Numbered from the stretch's first letter, positions 42,147-51,851 are shown. The stretch: DNA of 64,000 bases from Vicinamibacterales bacterium (GCA_965207675.1 CBDBMY010000008.1:8545-72544), one strand, 5' to 3'. The notes: generated by a model not told the origin, from the letters alone. Numbers and translations: made by a program.

Positions 42147-43317
42147 GGCCCGCCGGGGGGGAGGCATCCAGCATCGCCACCGCGTGCACTTCGAGGGCCT
42201 CCCCGCGCCCCGTCGCCCCGACGCCCTCCGCCGTCTTGCCCTTGATGCCGACCGCCGAAGGCTCGACCCCGACGGCGGCGGCCAGCGCCTCCCGCATCCG
42301 GTCGACGTGGGGAGCGATGCGGGGGTGCTCGGTCACCACCACCACGTCGACGTTGACGACGACGAGGCCGCGGGCGCGCGCCAGGCCCGCCGCCGACCGC
42401 AGCAACGCGATGCTCGAGGCCCCCTTCCAGCGGGGATCGGTGTCGGGGAAGTGGCGGCCGATGTCGCCCGCGGCGGCGGCCCCGAGAATCGCGTCGGTCA
42501 CCGCGTGGCAGACCGCGTCGGCGTCGGAATGCCCCACCAGCCCCCGGTCGTGCGGAATCAGGACGCCGCCGAGCCGGAGCGGCCCCCCGTCCTCGAAGCG
42601 ATGCAGGTCGTACCCGAGCCCGACGCGGCCGGTCGCCATGGTCTCCTCCACGAGCCGCCGCGCGACGGCGAGATCCCGCTCCGTGGTGATCTTGACGTTC
42701 CAGGGGTCGCCCTCGACGAGCGCCACCCGATGTCCGGCCCGCTCCGCGAGTCCCGCCTCGTCGGTCGCCGCCACCCCGGCCCGGCCCAGGCGGACCGCGT
42801 CCGCGAGGACCTCCGCGCGAAACGCCTGCGGGGTCTGCGCCTGCACGATCCGGTCACGCGCGAGGGTACGGCCCACGAACCGGCCCTCCCCCACCGAGCG
42901 CTGCTTGAGGGTGTCCTGCGCCGGGAGCGCGGCCACCGCCGCGCCGTGGCGGCGCGCGGCGTCGATGGTCCGCACGATCACGTCGGACGCGCAGAACGGC
43001 CTCGCCGCATCGTGCACGACGACGATGTCGCTCCCCCGCGCGGCCGCCGCCTCGAATCCGCGCGCCACCGAGTCCTGCCGCCGCGCGCCCCCGGCCACGA
43101 CGCGCAGCGGCGTGCCGGCCGGCGTCGCGGCGAGCGCGGGCCCGCCGGCGAGCGCGGGCGGCAGCACGAGCACGATCTCGTCGACGCGGTCGCACCGGTC
43201 GAACGCGCTCACCGAGCGCTGCAGGATGGTGACGCCGCCGAGGCGGACGAGCTGCTTGGGCCGGCCCGCGCCGAGACGGGCCCCGACCCCGCCGGCGGCG
43301 ATGACGGCGCTCACCAT
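42130..43317 (-). CDS. ispDF: Bifunctional IspD/IspF (CDP-ME synthase / MEcPP synthase)
   Basis: 395 aa. N-terminal AAGGVGARLG...PKQL (IspD); C-terminal RVGLGYDLHRF...GHSDADAVCHA (IspF). Confidence 0.93.
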   Translation of the reverse strand: MVSAVIAAGGVGARLGAGRPKQLVRLGGVTILQRSVSAFDRCDRVDEIVLVLPPALAGGPALAATPAGTPLRVVAGGARRQDSVARGFEAAAARGSDIVVVHDAARPFCASDVIVRTIDAARRHGAAVAALPAQDTLKQRSVGEGRFVGRTLARDRIVQAQTPQAFRAEVLADAVRLGRAGVAATDEAGLAERAGHRVALVEGDPWNVKITTERDLAVARRLVEETMATGRVGLGYDLHRFEDGGPLRLGGVLIPHDRGLVGHSDADAVCHAVTDAILGAAAAGDIGRHFPDTDPRWKGASSIALLRSAAGLARARGLVVVNVDVVVVTEHPRIAPHVDRMREALAAAVGVEPSAVGIKGKTAEGVGATGRGEALEVHAVAMLDASPPAGRESSP

Positions 43318-43350
43318 GACGCGGCCCCTCGCAGACGGACGTACGTCGGC

Positions 43351-43522
43351 CGGCGCCCCGCCTTCACGTGAACGGTCCCTCCAGGGCCTGACCGACGCGG
43401 TCCACCGAAATCAGCTCGCAACCCGGTGAGGCGCACCAACCCGCGCCGGCGCCCCGCCTTCATGTGAACAGTCCCTCCAGGGCCTGACCGACGTGGTCCA
43501 CCGGAATCAGCTCGCAACCCGG
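43351..43522. repeat. Tandem duplication of the radA 3' terminus (76 nt x2, period 96)
   Basis: 43447-43522 (last 20 codons, TGA, 13 nt) is repeated at 43351-43426 with 4 mismatches, in the radA/ispDF spacer. Confidence 0.92.
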
Positions 43523-44821
43523 CGCGGACACGCCGTCCTCCCGGTCGCCCCTCGGCATGAAGCAGCGCGTGAACCCCATCTGCGCGGCCTCGCGAACCCG
43601 CAACCCGGGCTGCGTCGCGCCCCGGATCTCTCCCGCCAGCCCGACCTCGCCGAACAGGGCGGCGCCGGCCGGCACGGGCTGGTTGCGCAGGCTCGACGCC
43701 ACCGCCGCGACCACCGCGAGATCGGCGGCCGGCTCGTGCACGGGAATGCCCCCCGGCACGTTCACGAACACGTCCTCGCCGGCGAGCGACAGGCCCGCGC
43801 GCTTCTCGAGCACCGTCAGCAGCAGCGAGAGCCGATGGCGGTCGACGCCGTTCGCCACCCGCTGGGCGTTGCCGTAGACCCCGGCGCCGACGAGCGCCTG
43901 CACCTCGACGAGAATGGGCCGCGACCCCTCGAGCGAGCACAGCACCACCGACCCCGGCACCTCCGTCCTGCGTTCCGACAGGAACTGCGCCGACGGGTTG
44001 GCCACCGGTTGCAGCCCGCCGCGCGTCATCTCGAACACCCCCACCTCGCTCACCGCCCCGAAGCGGTTCTTCACGGCCCGTACGATCCGGTGCGCATGAT
44101 GGCGATCCCCCTCGAAGTAGAGCACGGTGTCGACGACGTGCTCGAGCACCTTGGGGCCGGCGAGGGCGCCGTCCTTGGTCACGTGCCCGACGACGAGGAC
44201 CGGCACGTTGCGGCCCTTGGCCACGATCAGGAGGCGGTTGGCCGCGTCGCGCACCTGGGCGACGGTGCCCGGGGCCGACTCGAGCTCGACCGAGAACAGC
44301 GTCTGGACCGAATCGACGACGACCAGATCCGGCGACAGCCGCGACACCTCGTCGACCACCCGCTCCAGGCACGTCTCCGCCAGCACGTGCAGCCGCGGCG
44401 GAGAGAGGCCGAGGCGTTCGCCGCGGCGGCGCACCTGGTGGGGGGACTCCTCGCCCGAGCAGTAGAGGACGGTCCGCCCCGCCGACGCGACCTCGGCCGA
44501 CGCCTGCAGCAGCAGCGTCGACTTCCCGATGCCCGGCTCGCCCCCGAGCAGGACCAGCGACCCCGGCACGAGGCCCCCGCCGAGCACCCGGTCGAGCTCG
44601 CTCACCCCGGTCGAGACCCGGTCCGCCTCCGACGCCTCGATGTCGGCGAAGAGCCGTGCTCCCCCGCCGGTCAGGGCCGGCCTCGAACCGGGGTCGGGGC
44701 GCTTCCCGACCTGCTCCTCGACCAGCGAGTTCCACTCGCCGCAGTCGGGGCACCGGCCCAGCCACTTCCGCGCCTGAGCGCCGCACGCCTGGCAGACGAA
44801 GATGGTGTCGGGTGACTTCAC
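43460..44821 (-). CDS. radA: DNA repair protein RadA/Sms
   Basis: ORF 43460..45064 overlaps alr and a repeat, so I chose GTG 44821: (M)KSPDTIFVCQACGAQARKWLGRCPDCGEWNSLVE. Walker A GGEPGIGKST; Lon-like C-terminal domain. Confidence 0.9.
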   Translation of the reverse strand: MKSPDTIFVCQACGAQARKWLGRCPDCGEWNSLVEEQVGKRPDPGSRPALTGGGARLFADIEASEADRVSTGVSELDRVLGGGLVPGSLVLLGGEPGIGKSTLLLQASAEVASAGRTVLYCSGEESPHQVRRRGERLGLSPPRLHVLAETCLERVVDEVSRLSPDLVVVDSVQTLFSVELESAPGTVAQVRDAANRLLIVAKGRNVPVLVVGHVTKDGALAGPKVLEHVVDTVLYFEGDRHHAHRIVRAVKNRFGAVSEVGVFEMTRGGLQPVANPSAQFLSERRTEVPGSVVLCSLEGSRPILVEVQALVGAGVYGNAQRVANGVDRHRLSLLLTVLEKRAGLSLAGEDVFVNVPGGIPVHEPAADLAVVAAVASSLRNQPVPAGAALFGEVGLAGEIRGATQPGLRVREAAQMGFTRCFMPRGDREDGVSAPGCELIPVDHVGQALEGLFT

Positions 44822-44870
44822 CGTAGCGACTACCCGCGTTAGCGATGCCCCCGCCGGTCGCCGGGGCGTG

Positions 44871-44960
44871 CCGACTCGACCGCGAGGTCGCGCCGCCGTT
44901 TCCAGCCGCCTCCCGGCCATACGCGCCGGGAGTCCGGGCGTTCTACGGCGCAGACTCCCC
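44871..44960 (-). repeat. Family A repeat overlapping the alr 3' end
   Basis: Sense strand: GGGGAGTCTGCGCCGTAGAACGCCCGGACTCCCGGCGCG...GCGACCTCGCGGTCGAGTCGG. Gives the alr tail ...GESAP*. Confidence 0.75.
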
Positions 44961-46145
44961 CGCCGGGTCCGCACCGCCGGCATACGTGCGAACGATCCGG
45001 CTCCCCGTCCGACACAGGATCTCGTGCGGCACGGTGCCGAGCGCCGCCGCGATCTCCCCGGCACCGATGCGCCGGCCCGACTGCTCGCCCACCAGCACCA
45101 CCTCGTCCCCGGGGGTGACGTCGAGGCCGGTCACGTCGATGGTGATCGAGTCCATCGACACCGCGCCGACCACCGGCGCCCGCCTCCCGCGGACGAGCAC
45201 CGAGCCGCGGCCCGCCATGCGCACGTCCAGGCCGTCGGCGTAGCCGGCCGGCACCACCGCGATGGTCGCCGGACGATCGACCGGGGACCGGGCCCCGTAG
45301 CCCGTCGTCTCCCCGACCCGCAGGCCCTTCACGGCGACCACCCGGCTGCGCATGGTCATCGCCGGCACCACCGCGAACGGAGCCTCGACCCCGGGAGGAA
45401 CCAGGCCGTAGAGCAGCAGGCCCGGCCGGACCGCGTCGTACCAGGCGTTCCGATCGCGCAGCAGGGCGGCGCTGTTCGCCGCATGCCTCAGGGGCGGCCG
45501 GACGCCCATCGCGGCGAGGCGGCGCAGGGACTCGTCGAAGCGCTTCCGCTGCCGCTCGAACAGCGGATGCGCCGGCTCGTCGGCGGTGGCGAAATGCGTG
45601 TACGCGGCCGCGATCTCGAGCGCGGGGCGGCCCAGCACGTCCTGCATGGTGTGCTCGAGGTTGTCGAAGCGGAACCCGAGCCGGTTCATGCCGGTGTCGA
45701 TCTTCAGGTGACACGCCACCGTCACGCCGCGCCGCGCCGCGGCCGCGCTCAACGCACGGGCGGCGAACGGCGAGGACACCGTGGGCGTCAGCCCGTAGGT
45801 GAACACGCCGTCGAGCTCGCTGATGGAGAGGGCCCCGAAGACGAGAATCGGCCCCCGGACGCCGCCGTCGCGCAGGACCACCGCTTCCTCGATGTCCGCG
45901 CAGGCGAGCATGGCCGCCCCCGCCTGTTCGAGGGCCCGGGCCACCGGGACCGCTCCGTGACCGTAGGCGTTCGCCTTGACGACCGCGATCACCAGGGGCG
46001 CCTCCGCGCCGCCCACGTGTCGCACCACCGCCCTGTAGTTGGCCCGCACCGCGTCCAGATCGACGCGGGCGAAGGTCGGCCGGACGGCGACGGAGACCGG
46101 CTTCGGAAGCGAGTCCGACGCCGGGCGGTCAGGACTCGTAGGCAT
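44943..46145 (-). CDS. alr: Alanine racemase
   Basis: 400 aa; PLP site VVKANAYGHG. Confidence 0.93.
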   Translation of the reverse strand: MPTSPDRPASDSLPKPVSVAVRPTFARVDLDAVRANYRAVVRHVGGAEAPLVIAVVKANAYGHGAVPVARALEQAGAAMLACADIEEAVVLRDGGVRGPILVFGALSISELDGVFTYGLTPTVSSPFAARALSAAAARRGVTVACHLKIDTGMNRLGFRFDNLEHTMQDVLGRPALEIAAAYTHFATADEPAHPLFERQRKRFDESLRRLAAMGVRPPLRHAANSAALLRDRNAWYDAVRPGLLLYGLVPPGVEAPFAVVPAMTMRSRVVAVKGLRVGETTGYGARSPVDRPATIAVVPAGYADGLDVRMAGRGSVLVRGRRAPVVGAVSMDSITIDVTGLDVTPGDEVVLVGEQSGRRIGAGEIAAALGTVPHEILCRTGSRIVRTYAGGADPAGESAP

Positions 46146-47487
46146 CGGCGGCGAGGCTTGCGAACTTCGTGCACTGCTTGAGGAACGCGAGCCTGACGAC
46201 CCCCGTCGGCCCGTTCCGCTGCTTGCCGATGATGATCTCGGCGAGGTTCTCGTTCTCCGGCGTCGGGTCGTACTGCTCCTCCCGGTAGATGAAGAGGACC
46301 AGATCGGCGTCCTGCTCCAGGGCCCCCGACTCCCGCAGGTCCGAGAGCTGGGGGCGGCGGTCGGACCGGCTCTCGGGAGCGCGGCTCAACTGGGACAGCG
46401 CCACCACCGGCACGTCGAGCTCCTTGGCGAGGCCCTTCAGCGACCGCGAGATCGAGGCGAGCTCCTGGGTGCGGTTGTCGAACCGGCCGCGCCCGGTCAT
46501 GAGCTGCAGGTAGTCGATGACGACGAGGTGCAACCCGTGCTCGGCCTTCAGCCGGCGCGCCTTCGCCCGCATCTCCAGGACGCCGATGGAGGCGCTGTCG
46601 TCGATGAACACCTTCGCGCCGTCCAGGCGGGTGAGGGCCTCGGCCAGCGCGTCGTAGTCGCGCTGGCCGAGAAAGCCCCCGCGGAACTTGTGCGAGTCGA
46701 CCCCCGCCTCGGTCGTCAGCATGCGCATGAACAGCTGCTCCTTGGACATCTCCAGGCTGAAGACGCCGACCGTCATGTCGGTGCTCACGCCGAGATGCTG
46801 CGCGATGTTGAGGACGAGGGCGGTCTTGCCCATGGAGGGCCGCGCCGCGACGAGAACGAGGTCCGCCGCCTGAAAGCCCCGCGTCAGCTTGTCCAGGTCG
46901 ACGAACCCGCTGGGGACGCCGGTGACGACGCCCTCGCCCGCCTGCAGCTTGTCGAGGGTCGTGTGGCTCGACTCGACGAGGTCGTGCAACGCCACGAACC
47001 CGGTGTGCACGCTGTCGTCGGCGATACGGAAGATCGCCTGCTCGGCCCGGTCGAGAACCGTGTCGGCCTCTCCCTCGGCGGTATGGGCGGTCTCGAGAAT
47101 CTCGTTCGCGGCGAAGATGATCTTTCGGCGCGTCGACTTCTCCTTGACGATGTGGGCGTAGTACCCGACGTGGGTGGAGCGGGGCACGCCGTCGACGAGC
47201 CCCGCGATGTACGCCGGCCCGCCGACGCCCTCGAGCTCGCCCGACCGCGCGAGCTCGTTCTTCAGGGTGACGAGATCGATGACCTCGCCCCGCTCGTTGA
47301 GGTCGACCATCTTGTCGAACACGCGGCGGTGGGCGTCACGGAAGAAGTCGTCGGCGTCGATCAGCTCGGCCGCCTGGTTGAACGCGTCGTTCTGAATCAG
47401 GATCGCGCCGAGAACGCAACGCTCCGCCTCGAGGTTGTGGGGCAGCGATCGTTCGGAGGGAAGGGAGACGACGTCGGCCATGACCAT
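46129..47487 (-). CDS. dnaB: Replicative DNA helicase DnaB
   Basis: 452 aa; ...PHNLEAERCVLGAIL..., Walker A ARPSMGKTA. The 3' end overlaps the alr start by 17 nt. Confidence 0.95.
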   Translation of the reverse strand: MVMADVVSLPSERSLPHNLEAERCVLGAILIQNDAFNQAAELIDADDFFRDAHRRVFDKMVDLNERGEVIDLVTLKNELARSGELEGVGGPAYIAGLVDGVPRSTHVGYYAHIVKEKSTRRKIIFAANEILETAHTAEGEADTVLDRAEQAIFRIADDSVHTGFVALHDLVESSHTTLDKLQAGEGVVTGVPSGFVDLDKLTRGFQAADLVLVAARPSMGKTALVLNIAQHLGVSTDMTVGVFSLEMSKEQLFMRMLTTEAGVDSHKFRGGFLGQRDYDALAEALTRLDGAKVFIDDSASIGVLEMRAKARRLKAEHGLHLVVIDYLQLMTGRGRFDNRTQELASISRSLKGLAKELDVPVVALSQLSRAPESRSDRRPQLSDLRESGALEQDADLVLFIYREEQYDPTPENENLAEIIIGKQRNGPTGVVRLAFLKQCTKFASLAADAYES

Positions 47488-47504
47488 CTGGACCGGATCG
47501 GGGG

Positions 47505-47555
47505 TGACGCGGCGCCACCGCCCCGACCAACCCTCCCGGAGTCCGCGCCGGTCTA
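47505..47555 (-). repeat. Family A repeat, partial (after rplI stop)
   Basis: Sense strand: GTAGACCGGCGCGGACTCCGGGAGGGTTGGTCGGGGCGGTGGCGCC. Confidence 0.6.
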
Positions 47556-48092
47556 CGCCGGTTCGGCCGAAGCCTCCGAGGGCTCGGCGTCGGGCGATGC
47601 GGCGGCGTCGCCGGCCTCGTCGCCGTCCGCCTCGTCCTCGGCCCCTTCCTTGACGATGCGAACCGTCACCTCGGCCGTGACTTCGCGGTGAACCCTGACG
47701 GCCACGGGGTGTTCGCCGAGCCTCTTCAGCGGCTCCGCGAGCTGGATCTTGCGCCGGTCGATCTCGAACGACTGCTCGAGGAGCGACGCCGCGACGTCGG
47801 CCGCGGTGACCGATCCGTACATGGTCTCGGTCTCGCCGACGCGGCGCGCGATGACGCAGACGGCCTGGCTCAGCCGCTCCGCGAACCTCTCCGCGCTCTC
47901 CTTCTCGGCCTGGTCGCGGGCGTCGGCGACGACCCGCTCGCGATCGACCTGCCGGCGGTTGGCCTCGGTCACCGGCAGGGCCAGCCGACGCGGCAGGAGA
48001 TAGTTGCGGGCGTATCCGGGGGCGACCTTCACGATGTCGCCGCGGCGCCCGAGATGATCCACCGGCTCTCTGAGAATGACCTGAACTGCCAT
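47553..48092 (-). CDS. rplI: 50S ribosomal protein L9
   Basis: MAVQVILREPVDHLGRRGDIVKVAPGYARNYLLP...; acidic C-terminal tail. Confidence 0.95.
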   Translation of the reverse strand: MAVQVILREPVDHLGRRGDIVKVAPGYARNYLLPRRLALPVTEANRRQVDRERVVADARDQAEKESAERFAERLSQAVCVIARRVGETETMYGSVTAADVAASLLEQSFEIDRRKIQLAEPLKRLGEHPVAVRVHREVTAEVTVRIVKEGAEDEADGDEAGDAAASPDAEPSEASAEPA

Positions 48093-48107
48093 GACTTCAC
48101 CGCGGCC

Positions 48108-48377
48108 CTAGTCGGTCACGTACGGGATCAGGGCCAGCTGCCGCGCGCGCTTGATGGCCGTCTGCAGCTTGCGCTGGTGGGGGGCACAGGTTCCCGACAG
48201 GCGCCGGGGCTGTATCTTCCCCCGCTCGGGGATGCTCGCGATCAGCATGCGAACGTCCTTGTAGTCGATGTAAGGCACCTTGTCGACGCAGAACCGGCAG
48301 ACGCGCTTCCGCCGGAACATGCCGCGTCGGGGCCGGTCGAACTTCGGTTTGCGGGCGGCGCCGCGATCGTTCTTCAT
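48108..48377 (-). CDS. rpsR: 30S ribosomal protein S18
   Basis: Inner part of ORF 48108..48404, from ATG 48377 (GGAGGTG upstream): [30 protein letters not shown]... Confidence 0.93.
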   Translation of the reverse strand: MKNDRGAARKPKFDRPRRGMFRRKRVCRFCVDKVPYIDYKDVRMLIASIPERGKIQPRRLSGTCAPHQRKLQTAIKRARQLALIPYVTD

Positions 48378-48515
48378 CCTTGCACCTCCGGAAGCGCGCC
48401 CCACGGCGCGCAGCGAGAATCGTCCCCCCGGGAGCCCGCGTCGTCCTGGCCGCGGCCCTGTGGCCGCGTTCGGCGGCGACGGGCGGGCCCTCCGTCGGGC
48501 GCCCGGCGAACCCGA

Positions 48516-49172
48516 CTAGGACGGCGACTCCTCGCCGCCGGCGGGTTCCTCCGACGCCGCGGCCGGGGATGGCTCCGCCGCCGTCTGCGGCTCCGGCGCG
48601 GCCTCCGCGGCGGGAGACGGCTGCGCCGCCGGCTCGTCCGCGGGCGACGCACCACCCGACGCCGCCGCCGGCGCCGCCGGCTGGGGCGCCGTCTCCGCCG
48701 GCGTCACCTCCGCCTTCGGCCCACTCCCGGCCGGAGACCCTCCCTCGGCCGGAGACCCGCCGTCCGGCTCCGCCGCGGGCGGCCGCGGCGGCGGCGCCTC
48801 CTCCGATCTGCGCGCAGCCCGACGCCGCTCGGCGTCCGCCTTGCGCTTCTCGGCCGCCCGCCGCGCCTTGCGCAGGTCGTCGTCGACCCGCACCGTGAGG
48901 TATCGCAGGACGTCGTCATGGACGCGCATCCGGCGTTCGAGCTCGGTCACCATCGTGCCCGGCCCGCTGATGAGCTGGACGACGTAGATGCCCTCCGTGA
49001 AGTTGCCGATCGGATAGGCGAGCTTGCGGCGTCCCCAGAGGTCGGTGTTCTCCACCGCGCCGCCGAGCTTTCCGATCTGGCCCTCCAGATCGCGCTGGAG
49101 CGTCTCCACCTCGGCATTGGCGACGGTGGGGGCGAGGACGTACACGAATTCGTATTGTCGTTCGTTGGGCAT
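48516..49172 (-). CDS. rpsF: 30S ribosomal protein S6 with long Pro/Ala/Glu-rich C-terminal tail
   Basis: Inner part of ORF 48516..49229, from ATG 49172 (AAGGAG upstream): MPNERQYEFVYVLAP... The S6 core is about 100 aa, followed by about 118 aa of low complexity. Confidence 0.92.
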   Translation of the reverse strand: MPNERQYEFVYVLAPTVANAEVETLQRDLEGQIGKLGGAVENTDLWGRRKLAYPIGNFTEGIYVVQLISGPGTMVTELERRMRVHDDVLRYLTVRVDDDLRKARRAAEKRKADAERRRAARRSEEAPPPRPPAAEPDGGSPAEGGSPAGSGPKAEVTPAETAPQPAAPAAASGGASPADEPAAQPSPAAEAAPEPQTAAEPSPAAASEEPAGGEESPS

Positions 49173-49252
49173 GCGGCTCCTTCTGGACTGACGGCCACCG
49201 GGGTGGCAAGGAGTGAACGAGGCGGGCACGAACGCACCCCTCTCGACTCACG

Positions 49253-49281
49253 AGATTAACGGACCGGACAATCGACGTCAA
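49253..49281 (-). promoter_or_regulatory. Candidate promoter of rpsF-rpsR-rplI
   Basis: Minus strand: TTGACG (49281-49276, overlapping the pth TGA stop), 17 nt, TAATCT (49258-49253). The leader to ATG 49172 would be about 75 nt. Confidence 0.45.
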
Positions 49282-49901
49282 CCGCGCGGACCGGCGCCGG
49301 CCGGCGAATCCTCGTCGTCCTTCTCGGCTTCCCGCCGATTGAACGCATTCATGACCGGGCCGATCCCGGCCTCCACGAACATCTCCACCGCATCGGCCGC
49401 CCGCCGCACCATGTCGTCCATCGCCGGCCGCTCGACGCGGTTGAATCGGGACAGGACCCGCCCGGACAGCCTCTGCCTCGGGTCGCCCCGCCCCACCCCG
49501 ACGCGAAGACGGGAGAAATCCTCCCCGGCGACGGCTTCGATTATCGAGCGCAGGCCGTTGTGCCCGCCGGACGATCCCCGACGGCGGGCCCGCAACCGGC
49601 CGAGCGGCAGATTCACGTCCTCGGTGACCACGAGCAGGTCGTCCGGATCGATGCGGTAGTAGCGCAGCAACGCGCCGACCGCGAACCCGCTACGGTTCAT
49701 GTAGGTCAGCGGCTTCGCCAGCAGGACCGCGCCGCGCCCCCCCGGCACCGCCGGGGCGTTGGCGAGCAGGGCGTCGGCCGGCGCGGACCGGAACACGAGG
49801 TCCCACCGCCGCGCCGTCTCGTCGACGACCTCGAAGCCCACGTTGTGCCGGGTTCCCCGGTACTCCTCGCCGGGGTTGCCGAGTCCCGCGATCAGCTTCA
49901 C
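49278..49901 (-). CDS. pth: Peptidyl-tRNA hydrolase
   Basis: Inner part of ORF 49278..50138, GTG 49901: (M)KLIAGLGNPGEEYRGTRHNVGF...GGHNGLRSI. No clear SD, so the start is uncertain. Confidence 0.88.
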   Translation of the reverse strand: MKLIAGLGNPGEEYRGTRHNVGFEVVDETARRWDLVFRSAPADALLANAPAVPGGRGAVLLAKPLTYMNRSGFAVGALLRYYRIDPDDLLVVTEDVNLPLGRLRARRRGSSGGHNGLRSIIEAVAGEDFSRLRVGVGRGDPRQRLSGRVLSRFNRVERPAMDDMVRRAADAVEMFVEAGIGPVMNAFNRREAEKDDEDSPAGAGPRG

Positions 49902-49956
49902 GGTCGTGCGCGCGGGAAGTCCGCGACCGCCGGAGGTGCCTTCACCGGCGGGAGCA

Positions 49957-50619
49957 TCAACCCTCTGCCTTGCTCCCCGCCTCGTCCGCCGCCTCGCCCT
50001 CGGCCTCGCCCTCGGCCTCCGCCTCGTCCTCCGTCTCGTCCGCCTCGAGCCTCGGCGCGATGACGTGGACGATGAGGGTCTCGGGGTCGCTGACCGGCTG
50101 CCACGACACTCCCTCGAGGAGATCCTTGAGACGGACACCCTGGCCGATCGTCAACGGCGAGACGTCGACCTCGATGTGCTCGGGAATCTCGGACGGCAGG
50201 CACGCGACGGCCACCTCGCGCTGCACGAAGTCGATCAGGCCGCCCTGCACCTTGACCCCCTCCGCCTCGCCCGACAGCTCGACGCGCACGGTGACGGTGA
50301 TGACCCTGTCCATGGCCACCCGATAGAAGTCGACGTGCAGGAGCCGGTGCGAGATGGGATCGACCTGATAGTCCTTGATCAGCACCTTGCTCGAGTCGCC
50401 GCTGCCGACGGTGAGGCCGATCAGGGTGTTGGCGCCGGCCTCCGAGTGGAGCACCCGCGACACCTCCTCGGGCTCGATGCTCACCGCCAGCGCACCCGAG
50501 GCGTCCGACCCTCCCGCGTCGCCGTAGACGACGCCGGGGATGCGGCCGCCGCGACGAAGCCGGCGGGCTACGCCCTTGCCGCGTTCAGACCGAAGCTCCG
50601 CGTTCAACGTGGTTTCCAT
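49957..50619 (-). CDS. rplY: 50S ribosomal protein L25 / general stress protein Ctc
   Basis: Inner part of ORF 49957..50685, from ATG 50619: METTLNAELRSERGKGVARRLRRGGRIPGVVYG... Acidic tail. Confidence 0.92.
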   Translation of the reverse strand: METTLNAELRSERGKGVARRLRRGGRIPGVVYGDAGGSDASGALAVSIEPEEVSRVLHSEAGANTLIGLTVGSGDSSKVLIKDYQVDPISHRLLHVDFYRVAMDRVITVTVRVELSGEAEGVKVQGGLIDFVQREVAVACLPSEIPEHIEVDVSPLTIGQGVRLKDLLEGVSWQPVSDPETLIVHVIAPRLEADETEDEAEAEGEAEGEAADEAGSKAEG

Positions 50620-50663
50620 GAATGACCTGTCTGGCAAGCGGATCGACCCGCCTGGCCCGGAGA

Positions 50664-50766
50664 GCGGCGCCGAACGCGACCGCAAGGCCGCGCCGCGGCC
50701 TCCGCTCGCCGCCCAACCAACCCTCCGGCAATCCGCGCCGTACCACCGCGCGGACTGCCGGCCCTA
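50664..50766 (-). repeat. Family A repeat, divergent, with GCGGCC-loop-GGTCGC hairpin module (after prs stop)
   Basis: Sense strand: TAGGGCCGGCAGTCCGCGCGGTGGTACGGCGCGGATTGCCGGAGGGTTGGTTGGGCGGCGAGCGGAGGCCGCGGCGCGGCCTTGCGGTCGCGTTCGGCGCC. Confidence 0.7.
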
Positions 50767-51714
50767 GACGAAAAGCGACGACACGGACGTCTCCTGGTGA
50801 ATGCTCTGAATCGCCTTTCCGAGCAACGGGGCGACGGACAGCACCTCGACCCGGTCCGACGCGGCGACCTCCGGCCGGGGGGGAATGGTGTTCGTGACCA
50901 CCAGCCTCTCGAGCGCCGACGCCTCGATGCGCTCGAGCGCGGGCCCCGACAGCACGCCGTGCACGGCGCACGCGATGACCCGCTCGGCGCCGTTGTCGTG
51001 CAGCGCCGCCACGGTCTGGACGAGCGTCCCCGCGGTGTCGACGATGTCGTCCTGGATGATGCACACGCGACCCCTGACCTCGCCCACGACGTGCATCACC
51101 TCGGCGCGGCCGTCCTCGGAGCGGCGCTTGTCGATGATCGCCAGGTCCGCGCCGAGCCGCTTGGCGTAGGCCCGCGCACGCTCGACGCCGCCGGCGTCGG
51201 GCGACACGAACACGACGCGCGGATCCTGGTCCTGATAGCCGGCGAGGTGCTGCATGAACACGGGGGCGGCGAACAGGTGATCGACCGGGATGTCGAAGAA
51301 CCCCTGGATCTGCGCCTTGTGCAGGTCCATGGTGAGGACCCGGTTGGCCCCGGCCGCGCACAGCAGGTTCGCCACCAGCTTCGCCGAGATCGGGACCCGC
51401 GGCTTGTCCTTCCGGTCCTGCCGCGCGTAGCCGTAGTAGGGCATCACGGCGGTGATGCGGGCCGCCGACGACCGCCGGAACGCGTCGATCATGACGCACA
51501 GCTCGACGAGGTGCGAATCGACGGGCGTGCACGTCGGCTGCAAGATGAACACGTCCGCGCCGCGGATGTTCTCGTCGATCCGGAACGACACCTCCGTGTC
51601 GGCGAACCGCCTCAGATTCGCGCGGCCCAGGGGGGTGCCCAGGTAGTCGGCCATCTCCCGCGCCAACCGTGGGTGCGCGCTGCCCGAGAAGAGTTTGAGT
51701 TGCCCGTTCAGCAT
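50764..51714 (-). CDS. prs: Ribose-phosphate pyrophosphokinase
   Basis: Inner part of ORF 50764..51855, from ATG 51714: MLNGQLKLFSGSAHPRLAREMADYLG...; PRPP loop DDIVDTAGT. Confidence 0.95.
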   Translation of the reverse strand: MLNGQLKLFSGSAHPRLAREMADYLGTPLGRANLRRFADTEVSFRIDENIRGADVFILQPTCTPVDSHLVELCVMIDAFRRSSAARITAVMPYYGYARQDRKDKPRVPISAKLVANLLCAAGANRVLTMDLHKAQIQGFFDIPVDHLFAAPVFMQHLAGYQDQDPRVVFVSPDAGGVERARAYAKRLGADLAIIDKRRSEDGRAEVMHVVGEVRGRVCIIQDDIVDTAGTLVQTVAALHDNGAERVIACAVHGVLSGPALERIEASALERLVVTNTIPPRPEVAASDRVEVLSVAPLLGKAIQSIHQETSVSSLFV

Positions 51715-51776
51715 CGCCGCCGATCCGATCCGGCAAGGCCGTTCACGGGAGAACGCCGCCGCCGGAGACGCCGGTC

Positions 51777-51851
51777 TGGCTGGGGCGGAAGGATTCGAAC
51801 CTTCGAATACGGGATCCAAAGTCCCGCGCCTTACCACTTGGCCACGCCCCA
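51777..51851 (-). tRNA. tRNA-Gln (anticodon UUG)
   Basis: TGGGGCGTGGCCAAGTGGTAAGGCGCGGGACTTTGGATCCCGTATTCGAAGGTTCGAATCCTTCCGCCCCAGCCA. Confidence 0.9.
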
